Source: a virus. From it: 64,000 nt of DNA. Below are positions 7,869-16,817 of the stretch, piece by piece. The stretch spans positions 1 to 64,000 of IMG/VR virus record IMGVR_UViG_3300027749_000095. One strand, 5' to 3'. Each line of letters starts with the position of its first letter. Position 1 is the stretch's first letter. A program made the position numbers and the translations under genes. The notes under the pieces were generated by a model. It was not told where the DNA came from, ran no database searches, and worked only from the letters and a program-made list of their open reading frames with translations.

Positions 7869-9547
7869 TGAATAAAAACCTGACTGCCAAGCAAAGCGAT
7901 TACGCCTACTTCTTGCCGGCCACATCAGGTTTCTACTCAACGTTCATAGGCAAGCAACGCTATGGAAATTATGTAGATCCTGCACGTATACCAGCAAGTT
8001 TAGCAAACGGTGTAGAAAGTCTCAATTATCTAAATCCAGATAAAGGTGCGTTCTACTTTAATCATTGCCTATACTCTGCAGGACACGCTAACTTAGATCT
8101 TACCAAACTAGATGAAACTGAGGACATGTTTCGTAATAGAGACCGAACAACAAGTTGGGTATTAGGTGACTCTGGTGGATTCCAGATCGGTAAAGGTGTA
8201 TGGGAAGGCGAGTGGCGTGACCCTACTGGTCCAGAAGTTGCTGCCATGTGGGCAGAAGTCAATGCTCGAGGTATTGAACTTGTACCACAACTGCATCCTA
8301 CTGGCGATCCCAAGACTGACAAGAATGGTAATCCAAAGTTTACCAAAGTAGATCATCCTAAGTTATATCAAGCAAGACTAGATGCCGCACAAAAAAAGCG
8401 CGAACAAGTGTTGGCTTGGATGGACACGCTTATGGACTACGGCATGGTACTTGATATTCCAGCATGGGTAGAACGTAGCCCTGCAGGACGTAAGGCCACT
8501 GGGATCACTTCATATGAACAAGCAGTTGAAGCGACCAAATACAATAATGAATACTTTATTAAACATCGCACAGGTGCTTGTAAATTTTTGAATGTATTGC
8601 AAGGAGAAACACATAAACAAGCTGAAGATTGGTATCAATCAATGAAAGCGTTTTGTGATACTAAGATTTATGGCGACAAAGCATTTAATGGCTGGGGTAT
8701 GGGTGGCCAGAACATGTGTGATATTCACCTTGTGCTTCTACGTCTAGTGGCTCTGAGATTTGACGGATTGTTAGAACAGGGTCAACATGATTGGATGCAC
8801 TTCTTAGGCACATCAAAGTTAGAATGGGCTGTGTTGCTAACTGACATTCAACGTGCTGTTCGAAAGTATCATAATCCAAACTTTACTATTAGCTTTGACT
8901 GTGCAAGTCCGTTCTTGGCAACTGCCAATGGACAGATTTATATCAACACAGAAACTGAAGATCGTACTAAATGGGTTTATCGTATGCAGGCCAGTGCAGA
9001 TGATAAAAAGTATGCCACTGACAGCCGATTGTTTAAAGATGCAGTATTACAAGATAAGATATTTGAAAAGTTTGAATCAAGTCCCATTATTGATCAAATA
9101 CAGATGAAAGAAATTTGCATCTATGCTCCCGGCGACCTAAATAAAAATGGTAAAGAGGGTGCAACAAGTTGGGATTCATTTAGTTATGCACTAATGATGG
9201 GACACAATGTTTGGATGCACTTGAATGCAGTACAGGAAGCAAATCGGCAATATGATTCGGGTAAATTACCATCAATGTTAGTTGACGAACGCTTTGATAG
9301 AGTGTACTATAAAGATATTGTAGAAGCTATATTTTCATGTGATAACCGAGATGATGCTAATGCTATTATTGAACACTACAGCAGATATTGGATGACCATT
9401 ATCGGTACACGTGGTGCTACTGGAAAGAAAACTGTTAATGCGGCAACTATGGCAAATGAACATTTTGAAATAGAAGTTAACTTGACTGTGGACAAAGTAG
9501 TTAAAGAAGACCCTAAAGAAAATAACTTTATGGATTTGTTTGAATAA
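7868..9547 (+). CDS. dpdA: DpdA-like 7-deazaguanine DNA transglycosylase (TGT fold)
   Basis: TGT motifs LGDSGGFQ, MVLDIP, LNVLQG, HFLG and SFDCAS. Clustered with folE, queE and a QueD paralog. Confidence 0.8.
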   Translation: MNKNLTAKQSDYAYFLPATSGFYSTFIGKQRYGNYVDPARIPASLANGVESLNYLNPDKGAFYFNHCLYSAGHANLDLTKLDETEDMFRNRDRTTSWVLGDSGGFQIGKGVWEGEWRDPTGPEVAAMWAEVNARGIELVPQLHPTGDPKTDKNGNPKFTKVDHPKLYQARLDAAQKKREQVLAWMDTLMDYGMVLDIPAWVERSPAGRKATGITSYEQAVEATKYNNEYFIKHRTGACKFLNVLQGETHKQAEDWYQSMKAFCDTKIYGDKAFNGWGMGGQNMCDIHLVLLRLVALRFDGLLEQGQHDWMHFLGTSKLEWAVLLTDIQRAVRKYHNPNFTISFDCASPFLATANGQIYINTETEDRTKWVYRMQASADDKKYATDSRLFKDAVLQDKIFEKFESSPIIDQIQMKEICIYAPGDLNKNGKEGATSWDSFSYALMMGHNVWMHLNAVQEANRQYDSGKLPSMLVDERFDRVYYKDIVEAIFSCDNRDDANAIIEHYSRYWMTIIGTRGATGKKTVNAATMANEHFEIEVNLTVDKVVKEDPKENNFMDLFE

Positions 9548-9584
9548 TATTACACGTGAAAACTTTCATGAAAAGAGTTATAAA

Positions 9585-9830
9585 ATGACCATGCCCGACG
9601 AACGATTTCGTGCAGTAGTACAAACTGAGAAATTCCTAAGAGAAATTCTTACTACCCCGCGAGTTCCTAAGAATATTAAAGATGGTGCTCGTTGGTGCTT
9701 ACGCCATTATCCCAGTAATTGGGACATGAAGATGGCCGCGGAGGGTGCACCGGATCACTTCCAAGAAACAATGGAACCGGTGACTAGACTTTTTAAACAA
9801 TACGAAGAGAGTAAAAAGAATGAAGCGTAA
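9585..9830 (+). CDS. small conserved protein (MT.PDER.RA...LRHYP, BPSL0761-like)
   Basis: The MTMPDERFRAV...RWCLRHYP motif suggests a start at ATG 9585 rather than 9540. Confidence 0.6.
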   Translation: MTMPDERFRAVVQTEKFLREILTTPRVPKNIKDGARWCLRHYPSNWDMKMAAEGAPDHFQETMEPVTRLFKQYEESKKNEA

Positions 9831-10338
9831 TTATACAGACGGTATATCAGAAGATGTAATTTACTTTATTGGCAAGGAAGTAGAGCATACTCCTGCATAT
9901 GGTATGAACACTTTATTTGTTACCGGGGTTCAACCAGTAGATGAAATTGCATCAAAGTTAAATGGATGTATACACATTTTCTTTGGCGCTAATCATAGCT
10001 TCAATCCAGCACGTAATGACTACAATGGTTGGAGGGCTTGGGAGGATATGATTCAATTCTTTCTCGATAAAGATTATCTATGTAGTTTAGATATTCCAAT
10101 CAGTGCTGTAGAAGAATTTAATGACGGTGGATTAAATGAGCATAACAACTTTATTCCACAGATAAGAGTTACAATTCCTTATTTAAAATTATGGAATTAT
10201 AATACAATGCTTAAAATTGATGACAAAGATTTTAATGCAACGAATCCTGGGGTGTGGTCAGTGCCAATGGGTGCCATAACTCAGCGAAAGTACTTTACAC
10301 CATGGCGCAATTATAACAACGATGAGATTATCAAATGA
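9820..10338 (+). CDS. hypothetical protein within deazaguanine cluster
   Basis: 172 aa, overlapping neighbours, with globular enzyme-like motifs EVEHTPAYG, HIFFGANHSF and KIDDKDFNATNPGVW. Confidence 0.75.
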   Translation: MKRNYTDGISEDVIYFIGKEVEHTPAYGMNTLFVTGVQPVDEIASKLNGCIHIFFGANHSFNPARNDYNGWRAWEDMIQFFLDKDYLCSLDIPISAVEEFNDGGLNEHNNFIPQIRVTIPYLKLWNYNTMLKIDDKDFNATNPGVWSVPMGAITQRKYFTPWRNYNNDEIIK

Positions 10339-10460
10339 ACGAAACACAAGCTCAACAACTAATAGATGCAGTAACTAGACAAAATCAATTACTTGAAGGT
10401 ATTGATTGGAAACTGTGGGAATTGTTTAAACACATAGTCCCACAGGAAGAAAAGAAATGA
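10335..10460 (+). CDS. 41-aa small protein (absent from ORF track)
   Basis: MNETQAQQLIDAVTRQNQLLEGIDWKLWELFKHIVPQEEKK. ATGA overlaps at both ends exactly fill the gap. Confidence 0.65.
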   Translation: MNETQAQQLIDAVTRQNQLLEGIDWKLWELFKHIVPQEEKK

Positions 10461-10879
10461 TTATAGGAAATGTAGTACCACTACAAAAAGATACAATGCG
10501 CCAAGATTGGCGTCCAAACAAAATGATTTGGGTTACCTTTAACAAAGAAGGTATGCACAAATACCCAGCCGCACTTACAGATCCTAACTTAGCAACAGGC
10601 GATGAGTATGATGTAAGTTTCCTGGGCTATCCGCATCGTCACATCTTCCACTTTAAAGTTTGGATTGGTGTTACACATGACGACCGTGATATTGAGTTTA
10701 TTCAGTTTAAACGCTGGTTGCTAAACTTGTACAAAGATAGTATACTAGCGTTAGACTACAAAAGTTGTGAAATGATGTCTGGAGATTTATATCAACAGAT
10801 TTCACAAAAGTATCCCAACCGTGAGGTTTGGATTGAGGTCTCCGAAGACGGGGAAAATGGTTCATTTATTAAGTACTAA
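10457..10879 (+). CDS. T-fold QueD/PTPS paralog, DpdL-like (putative CDG decarboxylase)
   Basis: LGYPHRHIFH (LxxxHRHxF) instead of QueD CxxxHGH. Also SCEM and C-terminal IEVSEDGENG. Confidence 0.7.
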   Translation: MIIGNVVPLQKDTMRQDWRPNKMIWVTFNKEGMHKYPAALTDPNLATGDEYDVSFLGYPHRHIFHFKVWIGVTHDDRDIEFIQFKRWLLNLYKDSILALDYKSCEMMSGDLYQQISQKYPNREVWIEVSEDGENGSFIKY

Positions 10880-10891
10880 GGAAAAGCTACA

Positions 10892-11152
10892 ATGGCTAAG
10901 AATTATAAAGATGGCAATTACTTTGAAAATCGGCCCGACATTGTTCGGATCTTTGACGACCTAGAAAAGTTTTTAGATTTTTGCAGGTTTGAGTTGTTGC
11001 CATTTAACGAGGCAGATCTCTATAACAGAGACAGTCAAGTGTGGAATCAGTTCTACTATGCAAGTCGCCCTAAGAAGCCTTGGAACGGTGAAAAGAAACA
11101 ATGGACTGGCGAACGTAAGCCTTACCAAGGCACTAAACCACGCTACGCCTAA
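10892..11152 (+). CDS. hypothetical protein
   Basis: 86 aa, AAGGA RBS, TAATG coupling to the glycosyltransferase. Confidence 0.7.
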   Translation: MAKNYKDGNYFENRPDIVRIFDDLEKFLDFCRFELLPFNEADLYNRDSQVWNQFYYASRPKKPWNGEKKQWTGERKPYQGTKPRYA

Positions 11153-12243
11153 TGACTATCTTCTTAATCGATTTAGAATCGGTTGAGACAAGGTACACGG
11201 GGCAGTGGAAGTCCCATGTACCTAATCTCTTACGAAAGGCAGGACACAATGTCAACATTATATCAGGTCCTACGGATATTCCTAGTGCTACCACTCCTGG
11301 AGCATTTCTCAACTTCGGTGGCACTAATATATACAAAGCTAGTCAAGTGGAGCAGATGGGCCGTTTATTTTGCGACGGAGCCGTTCGCCCAGGTGATCAT
11401 TTTATATTTACTGATGCTTGGCACCCTGGTATCATCAATCTCAAGTACATGAGTGAACTGCTGGGCATTCCGGTAACCACACACGGTCTCTGGCATGCTG
11501 GATCATATGATCCGCAAGACTTTCTTGGACGCTTGGTCGGAAACAAGCCTTGGGTTAGAAACGCTGAGAGAAGTTTTTATTATGCGTTTGATCACAACTA
11601 CTTTGCCACTGAATTCCATGTTAAGCTGTTCTTTGATAATCTGTTACATGATTATCCAACAGAAAATCCTTGGTACGAAGAAGACTGGGCAGAACGTTAC
11701 GACAGTGGTAAAATTGTACTAACTGGTTGGCCCATGGATTATATGGAAGCTACGTTAACTATGTATAAAGGCATGCCCAAGCGTGACCTTATACTGTTCC
11801 CTCATCGCATAGCGCCAGAGAAACAAGTTGAAATCTTCCGGGACCTTAAGCATCATTTGCCTCAATATGAATTTATCGTGTGCCAAGACCAGGAACTAAC
11901 AAAGAACGAATATCATAACTTGCTGGGCGAAGCTAAGATGGTGTTTAGCTGTAGTTTGCAAGAAACCCTAGGCATTGGCTGCTATGAAGGTGCTATTGTA
12001 GATGCTATTCCAATGGTACCTGACCGGCTTAGTTATACTGAAATGTATTTAGATACATTTAAGTATGAAAGTAAATGGACCGAGAGTTATGATGCGTATA
12101 CTGTATATCGACCAGATCTTTGCCGTGCCATTATATCACATATGGATAATTATAAAACTAGATTACCTATGTTAAAAAAACAAACGGAGATATTAAATGA
12201 GCGATTCTTCTCAGCTGCCGAACTCATTAGACGATTTAACTAA
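11152..12243 (+). CDS. GT-B fold glycosyltransferase (GT4-like)
   Basis: C-terminal ILFPHRIAPEKQ and SLQETLGIGCYEG...IPMVPD (E-x7-E motif). Confidence 0.8.
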   Translation: MTIFLIDLESVETRYTGQWKSHVPNLLRKAGHNVNIISGPTDIPSATTPGAFLNFGGTNIYKASQVEQMGRLFCDGAVRPGDHFIFTDAWHPGIINLKYMSELLGIPVTTHGLWHAGSYDPQDFLGRLVGNKPWVRNAERSFYYAFDHNYFATEFHVKLFFDNLLHDYPTENPWYEEDWAERYDSGKIVLTGWPMDYMEATLTMYKGMPKRDLILFPHRIAPEKQVEIFRDLKHHLPQYEFIVCQDQELTKNEYHNLLGEAKMVFSCSLQETLGIGCYEGAIVDAIPMVPDRLSYTEMYLDTFKYESKWTESYDAYTVYRPDLCRAIISHMDNYKTRLPMLKKQTEILNERFFSAAELIRRFN

Positions 12244-12595
12244 TACTATAACTATTTTAGGTAGTTCAGAGACTGCTACTATTACGGTCCCTGAATTATA
12301 TCGGTATGATGAAACTATGTTATCGTCTGATTTTTGTAGTATTTCAACTATTCATTCAGCGTCGGCATGCCCAACAACATTTACCATCGCCGCAAGCGAT
12401 ACTATCACTATTAGTAATATCAATTCGTCATTTGGTTGGACTGTTTCTAAAGAGTGGATTGATGCATTTCCAGAATGGGCACGAGTTGATGACATGTGTA
12501 AACAATATCCATCATTAGAAATTGCTCTAAGAAATTTCCAAACCATTTATCAGCTTGTAAAGGATGACTATGATAATCCAGCACCTAAAAAATAA
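12197..12595 (+). CDS. hypothetical protein
   Basis: 132 aa with Ser/Thr-rich N-terminus and C-terminal MCKQYPSL...Y.LVK. Confidence 0.6.
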   Translation: MSDSSQLPNSLDDLTNTITILGSSETATITVPELYRYDETMLSSDFCSISTIHSASACPTTFTIAASDTITISNINSSFGWTVSKEWIDAFPEWARVDDMCKQYPSLEIALRNFQTIYQLVKDDYDNPAPKK

Positions 12596-13046
12596 ATTCT
12601 TTTCTTTTTTAGAAGGACGTGATCGTAAACGTATTATTATGGATAGACTATACGATGAGCCGCTGTTAACTCGATATTATGTTTTCTTAAAGAACCGTAA
12701 ATGGTTTCCATTTAATGTGTTTATTCATAAGTTTCATAAATCGGATCCTGATGATGTACATGATCATCCATGGCCATATTTTACACTGATCTTAAAAGGT
12801 GGGTACTATGAATACGTCCCAATATTCAATAACAACGGAGAAAAAATTGGAGAAACCAAACATTGGCGGAAGCCTGGTCATTTTCGCACTTGCAGTGCTA
12901 ATAGTTATCATCGCATTGAACTAGACCCTAGTGTAACTGCATGGACTCTATTCATGCCCGGACCTCAGAAAAGAGAATGGGGTTTTCTTGTAAACAACAA
13001 ATGGATACACAATGACATCTATCTCGAGTCCCGTAAAAACACTTAA
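12564..13046 (+). CDS. cupin-fold protein
   Basis: HKFHKSD...HDHPW.Y.TLILKGGYYE and ..HRIEL...WTLF..G...REWGF. Confidence 0.8.
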   Translation: MTMIIQHLKNKFFSFLEGRDRKRIIMDRLYDEPLLTRYYVFLKNRKWFPFNVFIHKFHKSDPDDVHDHPWPYFTLILKGGYYEYVPIFNNNGEKIGETKHWRKPGHFRTCSANSYHRIELDPSVTAWTLFMPGPQKREWGFLVNNKWIHNDIYLESRKNT

Positions 13047-13461
13047 TACTGTAGGTGCTACAGTAGGTGGCATTGTGACTACTAACGGATTTAATGGAAC
13101 TAGTCATCCTTCGTATGGTGCTATTCCCCCATTAACAATTGGAAAAGTTTACACTACTAACGGTACTACTGGACAGTTTTTAATAAGTGGAGCCAATGGA
13201 ACTAATTGGTCGCATAATAATATTCCCGATAATGTTATGGTTGTTAAACAATCACCGCCAGAATTAGAAGTCAAAGGTCGCTTAGTGTTAAACGGACAAG
13301 ACTTAGAAGAACGGTTAAACACAATTGAAAAAGTCTTGTGTATACCCGAAAGAGATGTTATACTTGAAAAGAAGCATCCAAAGCTAAAAAGACTGTATGA
13401 CGAGTACATTGCGGCATTGGGAAAGTATAGAACATTTGAAGCAATAAAGGAATCAAAATAA
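13012..13461 (+). CDS. hypothetical protein
   Basis: 149 aa with Thr/Gly-rich N-terminus and C-terminal LEERL..IE...LEKKHPKL..LY.EY. Confidence 0.65.
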   Translation: MTSISSPVKTLNTVGATVGGIVTTNGFNGTSHPSYGAIPPLTIGKVYTTNGTTGQFLISGANGTNWSHNNIPDNVMVVKQSPPELEVKGRLVLNGQDLEERLNTIEKVLCIPERDVILEKKHPKLKRLYDEYIAALGKYRTFEAIKESK

Positions 13462-13691
13462 TGTTACACGAATCAATTAAGTTAAATGAATTCATGGCTA
13501 AGGAAGAAGCTGGTTTTAGACTTAGAGTCAAACACTGGAAGTGTGCCGGGCCTGTCAATTTAAATAGCCTCGAATTTACACAAGAGTGCATTGATGTAAA
13601 TGGTGAGGTAAATTTTAGCTCTACTTATAACTTTTTCCTAACTAATGATGAAATAAAATCATTGTGTAACGGATTAATGGCAATCAAATAA
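13461..13691 (+). CDS. hypothetical protein
   Basis: 76 aa, AAGGA RBS, TAATG coupling. Confidence 0.6.
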   Translation: MLHESIKLNEFMAKEEAGFRLRVKHWKCAGPVNLNSLEFTQECIDVNGEVNFSSTYNFFLTNDEIKSLCNGLMAIK

Positions 13692-13704
13692 TTACAATGG
13701 TTAT

Positions 13705-14079
13705 ATGGCAACTGACTTAGAAAAGGCATTAAATGAAAAACGAGCACCATGGACTGACATTGAGTACAGAACAAAAGACTTTTGGATCTTCAGAGATGCA
13801 TATCCAGTTACCCAGGGGCATTTGTTATTTGTGCCTACCCAAGAGTCGAGTAACAATCTCTGGGAGTGCTACAAAGCAGCCTACAAGTTTGGATACGACG
13901 GTGTTGCAGCAGAACGTTGGGACGCTTTTAACATTGGGCAAAACTGCGGTGAAGCAGCCGGTCAAACAGTAATGTATCCGCATGTACACATGATTCCACG
14001 GCGCACTGGTGACATGGAAAATCCACGTGGCGGTGTTAGACATGTTATTCCAGAAAAAGGAAACTATGTCTCCAAGTGA
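13705..14079 (+). CDS. HIT-family nucleotide hydrolase
   Basis: DAYPVTQGHLLFVP and NIGQNCGEAAGQTVMYPHVHMIPRR. The first His of the histidine triad is replaced by Tyr. Confidence 0.9.
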   Translation: MATDLEKALNEKRAPWTDIEYRTKDFWIFRDAYPVTQGHLLFVPTQESSNNLWECYKAAYKFGYDGVAAERWDAFNIGQNCGEAAGQTVMYPHVHMIPRRTGDMENPRGGVRHVIPEKGNYVSK

Positions 14080-14272
14080 TCATGAAGTTATTGTAGACTG
14101 GCATATGCAAGGTGCTAATTGGTGGAACGAAACTTGTGCTATGGTATTAGAAGTATTTGGGTTGCCGGGCCATCGATTTGTTTACACTCCAAGCGAAGAC
14201 TTTATGACATTTTGTTTTAAGTCAAAAAAAGATGCAGACTTGTGTCGTATACTGTTAAGCGAACGATTATGA
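14066..14272 (+). CDS. hypothetical protein
   Basis: 68 aa from ATG 14066 with AAGGA RBS, WWNE.CA.V.EVFGLPG.RF motif. Confidence 0.6.
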   Translation: MSPSDHEVIVDWHMQGANWWNETCAMVLEVFGLPGHRFVYTPSEDFMTFCFKSKKDADLCRILLSERL

Positions 14273-15057
14273 AAATAGGTATTGTTGGATTGGGGTTTGT
14301 CGGCAATGCTATCCGGCGAGCATATGAAGACTTGTTTACCAATGTTATAGTAGTGGATGTAGATCCTACTAAATCCACAGGAACTTATACAGACCTACAA
14401 TGCTGCGATGCTGTGTTTGTGTGTGTTCCTAGTCCAGCTAAAGATACCGGAGAATGTGATACTAGCATACTAAATTCCGTATTGTACCTACTGCGAGATT
14501 ATAACAATGTTATTATCAGTAAGACTACTGCAACGCCGCAATTTTACGAAAAGATGCAGGCAGTTTATCCTAATTTAGTACACATACCAGAATTTCTAAA
14601 AGCTAGCAATGCTCGTGAAGATTATCTTAAAGAAGCTAATGCTATTATAGGCGGAAGTATTGCCGCCTATAGAAATGAAGCGGCTCGTATTATTAAACTA
14701 GCCCAACCAATAACACACGTAGAACATTGTTCAATAGGTGAAGCTGCCTTTATCAAATATACACTTAATACATACCTTGCTACTAAAGTTGTCTTTATGA
14801 ATGAAACTGCCGAACTAGCAGTAGCACACGGATACAACTGGGATACAATTAGAATGTATCTAGCTGAAGACAATCGAATTGGTTTGAGTCACATGCAAGT
14901 GCCCGGACCGGATGGATACTACGGATTTGGTGGTATGTGTTTTCCAAAAGATACAACTGCTTGGTTAAAATATGCAAATAAATTAGGTGTACAATTGAGC
15001 GTATTGAAAACAGCAATAAAGAAAAATATCCTATTAAGGTTGCAAAAACCTAAATAA
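14269..15057 (+). CDS. UDP-glucose/GDP-mannose 6-dehydrogenase family protein (short form)
   Basis: MKIGIVGLGFVG Rossmann motif, FVCVPSP, PEFL, catalytic GFGGMCFPKD. The C-terminal UDP-binding domain is absent. Confidence 0.88.
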   Translation: MKIGIVGLGFVGNAIRRAYEDLFTNVIVVDVDPTKSTGTYTDLQCCDAVFVCVPSPAKDTGECDTSILNSVLYLLRDYNNVIISKTTATPQFYEKMQAVYPNLVHIPEFLKASNAREDYLKEANAIIGGSIAAYRNEAARIIKLAQPITHVEHCSIGEAAFIKYTLNTYLATKVVFMNETAELAVAHGYNWDTIRMYLAEDNRIGLSHMQVPGPDGYYGFGGMCFPKDTTAWLKYANKLGVQLSVLKTAIKKNILLRLQKPK

Positions 15058-15068
15058 TACTGTATAAT
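15040..15068 (+). promoter_or_regulatory. composite promoter: sigma70-type with embedded late box
   Basis: TTGCAA-N17-TATAAT with CTAAATA (15050-15056) in the spacer, upstream of folE. Confidence 0.6.
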
Positions 15069-15109
15069 AATACGAAAGACATCCACGTCATTAACTCGGA
15101 GAATAAAAA

Positions 15110-15928
15110 TTGACACAAACATTTACCCCAGATCCTGCACTTAAACCCACACCAGAATTTAAATCAGACGAATATGTACCTTTAAAGAAAGAAGTCTTTA
15201 TTAAAGCGGGCGAAGACATGTCCGATAAAGGATATCAAGAAGGGACGTTAGCAGGAGCAATCCGCATGAGGATGAGACGTGATAACAAACGTTTCTGGGC
15301 TGGAGACAATATTAGCGACTATCTGCATGACTCAGATAAAGAGCATCTAATTAATGAAGCCACAGTAGCATTTGAACAAGTATTAGATACCTTGCTTATT
15401 GATCGTGAAAATGATCCAAACAGTAAAGGCACAGCCAAGCGACTGGCTAAAATGTACTTTAATGAAATTATGGAAGGTAGATATGAACCGGCACCAGATG
15501 CAACAGCTTTTCCAAATGACAGCGCCGACCGTTACGAAGGTATGCTTGTGGTACGTAGTGAGCTTCGAAGTATGTGTTCTCATCATCACCAGCCTGTCTC
15601 TGGGGTTGCCTACATCGGTATCATTGCCGCTAATAAACTTATTGGTCTCAGCAAGTATACCAGAATAGCACAGTGGTGTGCTCGTCGTGGCACACTACAA
15701 GAAGAATTATGTAATGACATTGCTAGAGAAATTGCTAAAGCAACAGAATCTGAAAATGTAGCAGTGTACATCCAGGCCATTCATGGATGTTGCGAGAATC
15801 GTGGCATCATGGCGCATAGTTCATTAACGCAGACTACAGTACTTAAAGGGTCGTTTAAAGACGATCCCCATACAAAAAAAGAGTTCTTTGATAACATTAA
15901 ACTGCAACAAGAGTTTGCACCACGCTAA
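15110..15928 (+). CDS. folE: GTP cyclohydrolase I
   Basis: SMCSHHHQP, IGLSKYTR, LQEEL and HGCCENRG motifs. TTG start with GGAGA RBS and an N-terminal extension. Confidence 0.95.
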   Translation: MTQTFTPDPALKPTPEFKSDEYVPLKKEVFIKAGEDMSDKGYQEGTLAGAIRMRMRRDNKRFWAGDNISDYLHDSDKEHLINEATVAFEQVLDTLLIDRENDPNSKGTAKRLAKMYFNEIMEGRYEPAPDATAFPNDSADRYEGMLVVRSELRSMCSHHHQPVSGVAYIGIIAANKLIGLSKYTRIAQWCARRGTLQEELCNDIAREIAKATESENVAVYIQAIHGCCENRGIMAHSSLTQTTVLKGSFKDDPHTKKEFFDNIKLQQEFAPR

Positions 15929-15936
15929 GGAATATT

Positions 15937-16233
15937 ATGAATTGGTTAAAATTAAAATTACGCAACTGGGTATTAAGTGCCCATGATGAATGTGAACGTG
16001 ACAGCAATATTGTTAATTCAAAAAGAAGTATATCTGTATCAACAAAAGATATGAATAGTGATCCAACTCTAAACTTTAAGGTATACTCAGCAGTAGGTGG
16101 CAAGGTGGTAGAATTTTCACGCTATGATAGACGGTCTGATCGAAATGATCATACTACATATATCATTACTAATGAACAAGACTTCGGCGAGCGGATTGCA
16201 AAGATTGCAACTATGGAAAATTTAAAGTCTTAA
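15937..16233 (+). CDS. hypothetical protein
   Basis: 98 aa, AAGGA RBS, LNFKVYSAVGGKVVEF..YD motif. Confidence 0.7.
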   Translation: MNWLKLKLRNWVLSAHDECERDSNIVNSKRSISVSTKDMNSDPTLNFKVYSAVGGKVVEFSRYDRRSDRNDHTTYIITNEQDFGERIAKIATMENLKS

Positions 16234-16235
16234 TT

Positions 16236-16817
16236 ATGCAAATTCACGGATGGTTTCCTCGCCCTATTTGTGTTGTAGACAACGTATTATTGCACGAGTT
16301 AGGAACATTTGAAAATAGAACTAAAGAGCTTGTAAATCAAAGTTTCTATAGAAATATAGTATTAAGTGTAAATTCTACACACCCTACTAATAATACTCTA
16401 CATCTTGATCCTATTTTTAAACCGCTAGTAAGTATGATATATTCAACAGCTAGAGAATTTATGCAAGAAATAGGATATTATCAATTTTTAAATTCTCTTA
16501 AAATAAATTCAATGTGGACTAATGTTAGCCAGGAAGGTGATTTCCTTTATCCACACATTCATGGTTCAAGTTTACTTTCAGGTGTATATTATATTAAAGC
16601 GCCCATTGACAGTAAAATTAAGTTTTTCAACAACATAACAGATATGGTTCACCCTGCAAGTAACCCAACCCCGTTTACACAATCATATTGTGAGTACGAA
16701 TGTGACCCAGGTAGACTTATCATGTTTAGAAGTGATTTCCTCCACGGCACAGGAAAACAATCTGCCGGAGAGAAAATTGTAATTTCATTTAATATGGGTA
16801 CAGGAATATATGAGTAA
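16236..16817 (+). CDS. 2OG-Fe(II) oxygenase superfamily protein (TIGR02466-like)
   Basis: W.N.......PHIH..S.LSGVYYI, G.LIMF.S...H, and K.VISFN. Confidence 0.82.
   Translation: MQIHGWFPRPICVVDNVLLHELGTFENRTKELVNQSFYRNIVLSVNSTHPTNNTLHLDPIFKPLVSMIYSTAREFMQEIGYYQFLNSLKINSMWTNVSQEGDFLYPHIHGSSLLSGVYYIKAPIDSKIKFFNNITDMVHPASNPTPFTQSYCEYECDPGRLIMFRSDFLHGTGKQSAGEKIVISFNMGTGIYE

Noticed and set aside
9482-9510. TTGACT possible -35 box near the dpdA end
   Set aside because: No -10 hexamer at 16-18 nt spacing.
7868-9547. tRNA-modifying TGT (queuosine pathway)
   Set aside because: It lacks the C-terminal CxCxxC zinc motif of bacterial TGT, there are no queA/queF/queG or tRNA genes in the window, and it sits in the replication operon. 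DNA-acting DpdA is favoured but unproven.
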